A DNA stretch of 64,000 nucleotides from an uncultured Actinomycetes bacterium. Lineage in GTDB: Bacteria; Actinomycetota; UBA4738; HRBIN12. Where the stretch lies: positions 608,001 through 672,000 of the forward strand of contig CAVPIB010000001.1 in the NCBI GenBank assembly GCA_963704885.1, written 5' to 3'. Under the pieces are notes generated by a model. The model was not told the origin of the DNA and did no database searches. It worked only from the letters and a program-made list of their open reading frames with translations. A program made the position numbers and the translations under genes. Below are positions 59,523 through 64,000 of the stretch, piece by piece (within the stretch, counting starts at the first letter, position 1; every line of letters starts with the position of its first letter).

Positions 59523-60188
59523 TCAGTCCTCCGGCTGGGCTGCGCGGTAGCCCACGCTCCGCACGGTCTCGATCAGCTGCTCGTGCTCGGGGCCGAGTTT
59601 GGCTCGCAACCGGCGAACGTGAACGTCGACCGTTCGCGTGCCGCCGTAGAAGTCATAACCCCAGACCTCGCGCAAGAGCGTTGGCCTGGTGAATACCCTG
59701 CCCGGGCTCTGCGCCAGGAACCGGAGCAGCTCGAACTCCTTGAACGTGAGATCCAGGGGGCGGCCGCCGGCGGTGACGCGGTAGGTGTCGGTGTCGATCG
59801 CGAGGGGACCCAGGCGGATGGTGGAGCCGTCTCCGGCGCCGGCGCGCCGCCTGAGCATCGCCATGCGCAGCCCGATCTCGGCCGGCGGCGCGCCCGGGTA
59901 CAAGAACTCGTCGGCCACCTCGTGCCACGGGTAGCGCTCGACCTGATCGCGTTCCAGGATGACCAGCGTGGGGATCCTGGGGTGCTCGGCTCGAAGCCCT
60001 TGCAGGACCGACCACGCCTGACCCGGGTTCTCGCAGGCATCTACGAGCAGGGCCTCGGGTTCCAGCTCGCGGACGTGCGCCAGGGACGTGAGGGCCAGGG
60101 GCTCCACCTTGAGGTCGGGACGCAGCTCCGAAAGGGCGGGCAACGCCGCCTCGGGACCACGATCGGCGAGCAGGACCAGGGGAGCCAT
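59523..60188 (-). CDS. glnR: OmpR-family nitrogen regulator GlnR
   Basis: Atypical receiver; LLREVWGYDFYGGTRTVDVHVRRLRAKLGPEHE; divergent from hydrolase-moaD as in streptomycetes; GGAGG RBS. Confidence 0.85.
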   Translation of the reverse strand: MAPLVLLADRGPEAALPALSELRPDLKVEPLALTSLAHVRELEPEALLVDACENPGQAWSVLQGLRAEHPRIPTLVILERDQVERYPWHEVADEFLYPGAPPAEIGLRMAMLRRRAGAGDGSTIRLGPLAIDTDTYRVTAGGRPLDLTFKEFELLRFLAQSPGRVFTRPTLLREVWGYDFYGGTRTVDVHVRRLRAKLGPEHEQLIETVRSVGYRAAQPED

Positions 60189-60240
60189 GGGAACCTCCAC
60201 CTTAGCCGGTCGGCATGACCGCCGGTACGCTTGACCAGCC

Positions 60241-61041
60241 ATGACGAACGTCCAGCACGCGCTTTCGCACCACTGGCGGGTCCCCGCTCACGCGTTCACG
60301 GTCACCACCGAGGACGGCGTGAAGCTGATCGGTACCCGGCTGGGAGCGGTCGGCGCCGATCTGCCGGCCGTGGTGCTGGTTCACGGGTTGATGGGTTGGC
60401 ACGCCAAGCCCAGGTTCGCGGTCTTCGCCGAGCACCTGACCGAGTGGTTCAAGGTGTACGCCTTCGACATGCGAGGTCACGGGGACTCGGAGGGCGTGAG
60501 CGACTTCGGCGGCGCCGAGATCTACGACGTGGACGTGGTTCTGGCGCTCGTCCGCGAGGCGGGTCACGCGAGCGTGGTGACCGTGGGGACATCGCAGGGT
60601 GCGATCGCCGCGCTGCGGCACGCGGCCCTGCTCGGGGGCGTGGACGCGGTGGTCGGCATCTCGTCGCTCGCCTCCTGGGACTGGCGCATCGACGCCGATC
60701 CGGTCGCCCGTCGCCAGCTGGACGCTCGGATCGGGAGCAAGGCGGGTCGAGCGGCGCTGCGTGCATGGGGCGTGCACCTGCCGGATCACTGGGAGGCGCC
60801 GGAGTCGCCAGAAGAGGTGGTCGGGAAGATCGCGCCAACCCCCGTGGTGATCGTCCACGGGACCGATGACCGGCTGTTCTCGCCCGATCACGCCCAGAGG
60901 CTGTTCGACGCGGCGAACGAACCCAAACGGCTCCTGCTCGGTGACGGCTTCGGCCACGCAGAGGACGGCTTGACGCCGGCGTTCGGGCGACGGCTCGCGC
61001 GGGTGATCTACGAGACGCTGGAGCTGCCGTGGTCCGAGTGA
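60241..61041 (+). CDS. Alpha/beta hydrolase
   Basis: VLVHG, FDMRGHGDS, GTSQG nucleophile elbow, HGTDD, GHAE. Confidence 0.9.
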   Translation: MTNVQHALSHHWRVPAHAFTVTTEDGVKLIGTRLGAVGADLPAVVLVHGLMGWHAKPRFAVFAEHLTEWFKVYAFDMRGHGDSEGVSDFGGAEIYDVDVVLALVREAGHASVVTVGTSQGAIAALRHAALLGGVDAVVGISSLASWDWRIDADPVARRQLDARIGSKAGRAALRAWGVHLPDHWEAPESPEEVVGKIAPTPVVIVHGTDDRLFSPDHAQRLFDAANEPKRLLLGDGFGHAEDGLTPAFGRRLARVIYETLELPWSE

Positions 61042-61274
61042 GGTTGTTCGCGGCCCTGCGCGAGGCGGCGGGGGATTCATGGGTGGAGGCGCCGGGGAAG
61101 ACCGTGGGTGACGTGGTCGACGTGCTGAGCGAGCGCTACGGCGAACGGTTCGCCGGGGTGGTCTCGGTAGCGTCGTTCGTGGTCAACGGGGAGCGGGCAG
61201 GCCGCCAGACGCCGATCGCCGATGGCGACGAGGTGGCGCTGTTGCCTCCCGTCTCCGGCGGCGCGGGGCTCTAG
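61029..61274 (+). CDS. MoaD/ThiS ubiquitin-like sulfur carrier
   Basis: VRLFAALREAAG...GDEVALLPPVSGG plus AGL tail. Confidence 0.9.
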   Translation: MVRVRLFAALREAAGDSWVEAPGKTVGDVVDVLSERYGERFAGVVSVASFVVNGERAGRQTPIADGDEVALLPPVSGGAGL

Positions 61275-61732
61275 TCCAACCACCACGATCGCGGCGGCGG
61301 CCGGAGTGCCGAGTCGAGGTCGTCGGCCACGGCGATGAACGCACTTAGTCGCTGCGGGCCGACTTGGTTGACCTTCTCGCAGATCTCAGCGGTGGCCTGG
61401 AGGGACAGTTCGATCCGGCGCTTGCCGAGGCGAGTGACGAGCGGCACACGAACGCCGCCGTCCGGGGGTAGGAGCTCGACGAGTCCGGCTCGATCCAGCT
61501 TGATGAGGAGCCGGCTCACGATCTGGCGGGTTTCGTGGAGCCGTCTGGCGATCGCGGCGGCGTGCGCGTTGCGATCGCGGGAGAGGAGCTCGAGGATCTC
61601 GAACTGCGCGTAGGAGATCTCGAGCTCCTCGAGCGCCGCGTCGAGGCGGGTTTCGAGCCGGCGCTGGAATCGACGCGATGAGTCGATGACGTTCCAGGCA
61701 CTCGGTGCCATGTCGGAAACCGGGTGGGCCAT
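61271..61732 (-). CDS. MarR-family regulator
   Basis: ISYAQFEILELL, IARRL...VSRLLIKLDRAGLV, TRLG. Confidence 0.75.
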   Translation of the reverse strand: MAHPVSDMAPSAWNVIDSSRRFQRRLETRLDAALEELEISYAQFEILELLSRDRNAHAAAIARRLHETRQIVSRLLIKLDRAGLVELLPPDGGVRVPLVTRLGKRRIELSLQATAEICEKVNQVGPQRLSAFIAVADDLDSALRPPPRSWWLD

Positions 61733-61832
61733 CAAGGGGTTGTACTCCGCGGTACTGACATGTCCCGTTGGAGGTTGGCGGGCGCCGGGTCGTATCCACC
61801 TCGGGGCGGCGTCCAGCTGGCGCCCACATAGT

Positions 61833-61969
61833 GTCCACCTGTGGACGCCGATGGGAGCCGGTCTCACCGCATGGTGTCCACATGTTTCCCGATGAAACCG
61901 CAGGTCGCACTTGTGAACCGGTGGACGCCCAGCGCCGGGGGGAGGCTGCTTCCGCGTCCACAGGTGGAC
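61833..61969. repeat. 15-bp inverted repeat pair, each arm itself palindromic
   Basis: GTCCACCTGTGGACG (61833-61847) and CGTCCACAGGTGGAC (61955-61969). Confidence 0.75.
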
Positions 61970-62042
61970 GGCCCCGCAGCGGTAGGCTCATCGCCCGGCG
62001 GCGCGTTCGGAGGCGCCCTGCCATACTCCGACCCACGCTCCC

Positions 62043-62957
62043 ATGCGCTTCCACCGGCTCCTCCTCGTCGTGAACCCCGTCGCGCGGACGGTTTCCAAAC
62101 CCACGCTCGCGGTGATCGAGAAGGCTCTGTCGGCCGACTTCCGCCTCGAGGTCTCCGAGACCAAGGAGCGCGGTCATGCGAGCGAACTAGCCGCCCAGGC
62201 CGTGGCCGACGGGATCGACCTGGTGGTCGTCTTCTCCGGCGACGGCACCATAAATGAGGCGGTCAACGCCCTCGCCGGCACCGACACGGCCCTCGGCATA
62301 ATCCCCGGCGGTGCCACCAACATCCTGGTCCGCGCGCTCGGCCTGCCCACCGACCCGGTCGAGGCCACGGGCGTCCTGATCACCAAAGCGCTCGACGACG
62401 AGGCCTTCCGCCTCAATCTCGGCCGCGCCGACGGCCACTACTTCGCCGTCAACTGCGGCGCCGGTGTGGACGCGGCCGCCATGAAGCGGCTAGACGAGAA
62501 GTTCCCCAAGACGAAGGCGAAGTTCGACCGTGCCGCTTTCCGCGCCGTTGCCTGGGAGCTCCTCACCGGCTACGCGGGGCGCTCGCCCGACCTGGAGATC
62601 ACCATCGACGGTAGCGAACCCTCGCCCAGCCTGTCCGTCATGGTCGGCCGCACCGACCCGTACACCTACTACAAGGACCGCGGCCTCCGCATGACACCCG
62701 AGGCCTCGCTCGACACCGGGCTCGACGTGCTCTCGGTCCGCAAGCTGGCCCGTAGGAGCGTGCCGCGGATCGCTTGGCAGGTGTTCGGCTCAGCGCGTCA
62801 CGTGAAGGGCCGCGATATCCAGTACGTCCACGACGCCAAGCACGTTCTCGTCACCTCGAACGACCCGTTCCCCGTCCAGGTGGACGGGGACTCGCTCGGC
62901 GATCACCTCCGCTTGGAAGTGGAGCTGGCGCCCGAGGCGCTCTGGGTCGTCGCCTGA
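62043..62957 (+). CDS. Diacylglycerol kinase-family lipid kinase
   Basis: VVNP, SGDGTINE, PGGATN, GAGVDA, QVDGD. Confidence 0.9.
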   Translation: MRFHRLLLVVNPVARTVSKPTLAVIEKALSADFRLEVSETKERGHASELAAQAVADGIDLVVVFSGDGTINEAVNALAGTDTALGIIPGGATNILVRALGLPTDPVEATGVLITKALDDEAFRLNLGRADGHYFAVNCGAGVDAAAMKRLDEKFPKTKAKFDRAAFRAVAWELLTGYAGRSPDLEITIDGSEPSPSLSVMVGRTDPYTYYKDRGLRMTPEASLDTGLDVLSVRKLARRSVPRIAWQVFGSARHVKGRDIQYVHDAKHVLVTSNDPFPVQVDGDSLGDHLRLEVELAPEALWVVA

Positions 62958-63676
62958 GCCTGATCCGGCGTCAACTGGATCCCGCACTCCCACTTCGACA
63001 ATCCGGCCCACCGTCCCGCTCGCTCCGGCTCGTCGGGGAACCGCATCCGGGTGCAGGGTGCGCAACCGATCGATGCGTAACCCAGGTCGTAGAGCGGGTT
63101 GTGGGGCAGGTCGTGCTCCCTCAGGTACCCCCAAACCTGCTCGTGAGACCACGCCGCCATCGGGTTGATCTTCACGATCCATCTACCAGGTTCCAGCTCG
63201 TACTGCTGCACGAACGGGGCGTCGGCGCGGGTCGGTGAGGACTCTCGACGGAACGCTGTGATCCATGCGTCCAGCTCGCGTAGCGCCTGGAACATCGGCT
63301 GGACCTTGTTCCGCTCGCAGCATCGCTCTGGGTCGCGTTCGAACAGCCGCGGACCGAGAACCTCAGCCTGCTCCGCCACCGTGTGCTCGCCGACCAGATC
63401 CACCACGTTCAGCCCGATGCGCTCCGCGAACTGCTCCTTGAACGCGAGCGTCTCCGCGAACTGGTAGCCGGTCTCTAGGAAGAGGATGGGTATATCGGGG
63501 CGGATCTGCGTAGCCAGATGCATCACGATGGTCCCCTCAGCCTGGAAGGCGGATGCGATCGCGATCCGTTCCAGGCCGGAACGCTCGAGCGCCCACGCCA
63601 AGATCTCGCGGGGATGGGTGACTTCGAACGCCGTGTTGAGCTCAGCGAGCTCGTCGGCTGGAAGGAGTGTCTGCAC
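62903..63676 (-). CDS. cysH: APS/PAPS reductase
   Basis: FLETGY, CCERNKV, GYASIGCAPCT, RAGRW...ECG. Confidence 0.92.
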   Translation of the reverse strand: MQTLLPADELAELNTAFEVTHPREILAWALERSGLERIAIASAFQAEGTIVMHLATQIRPDIPILFLETGYQFAETLAFKEQFAERIGLNVVDLVGEHTVAEQAEVLGPRLFERDPERCCERNKVQPMFQALRELDAWITAFRRESSPTRADAPFVQQYELEPGRWIVKINPMAAWSHEQVWGYLREHDLPHNPLYDLGYASIGCAPCTRMRFPDEPERAGRWAGLSKWECGIQLTPDQAQATTQSASGASSTSKRR

Positions 63677-63749
63677 CGGGGGGCGAGTCTACCCGAGGTC
63701 CGTTTCGTATGCTGGCGGGCCCCTGACCTCGACGAAAGGCTGATCCCAC

Positions 63750-64000
63750 ATGCCCGAGAACGTCCAGATCGCGCCCCACGGCGGCACCTTGGTGGACCTG
63801 ACGGTCGCCGGCGACGTCGCCGGCGTCCTTCGTGCCGAGGCCACCAACCTCCCCAAGCTCACGGTCTCCGACCGTGAGCTCGCCGACCTGGAGATGCTGG
63901 CCGTCGGCGCCCTAAGCCCGCTCACCGGGTTCCAGGGCGAGGCCGACTACAACTCGATCCTCGACACCATGCACCTGACGAACGGTCTGGCGTGGGCGAT
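63750..64000 (+). CDS. sat: Sulfate adenylyltransferase, 5' part
   Basis: Manual translation MPENVQIAPHGGTLVDL...DLEMLAVGALSPLTGF...MHLTNGLAW. Confidence 0.88.
   Translation, partial: MPENVQIAPHGGTLVDLTVAGDVAGVLRAEATNLPKLTVSDRELADLEMLAVGALSPLTGFQGEADYNSILDTMHLTNGLAWA

Noticed and set aside
61793-61969. oriC or DnaA-box cluster
   Set aside because: No perfect TT(A/G)TCCACA box, no AT-rich unwinding element, no dnaA/dnaN nearby
1-64000. Many long overlapping or antisense ORFs in the track (e.g. 5726..7390 +, 13689..15191 -, 21074..23146 -, 18895..20274 +)
   Set aside because: Low-information, often Arg/Pro/Gly-rich translations overlapping well-supported genes; expected shadow ORFs in high-GC DNA
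1-64000. CRISPR array, rRNA, prophage, integrase, transposase or reverse transcriptase
   Set aside because: No regularly spaced repeat-spacer array and no recognisable motifs for these were seen

Overview
High-GC actinobacterial chromosome segment; the taxonomy is inferred from GlnR/GlnE/GlnA1/GlnA2, the tRNA sequences and many leaderless TANNNT promoters. The core backbone is a tRNA cluster (Lys, Glu, Asp), nadE, glnA2, ridA, glnE, dinB, glnA with adjacent glnR, an alpha/beta-hydrolase with moaD/thiS, a lipid kinase, cysH and sat. Accessory cargo: four cassettes of ECF sigma factor + coupled membrane protein + lipoprotein whose extracellular domains appear shuffled; three class III nucleotidyl cyclases and a hybrid histidine kinase; three type II toxin-antitoxin loci, two with apparently crippled toxins; and a more AT-rich islet with a stand-alone SRA/YDG-like gene directly upstream of a GmrSD-type (DUF262-DUF1524) nuclease. 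That islet is the best candidate for an undescribed modification-dependent defence system. Several single-base frameshifts suggest indel errors in the assembly. No CRISPR array, rRNA, integrase or transposase was seen. All family calls come from motif recognition by eye; no database searches were run.
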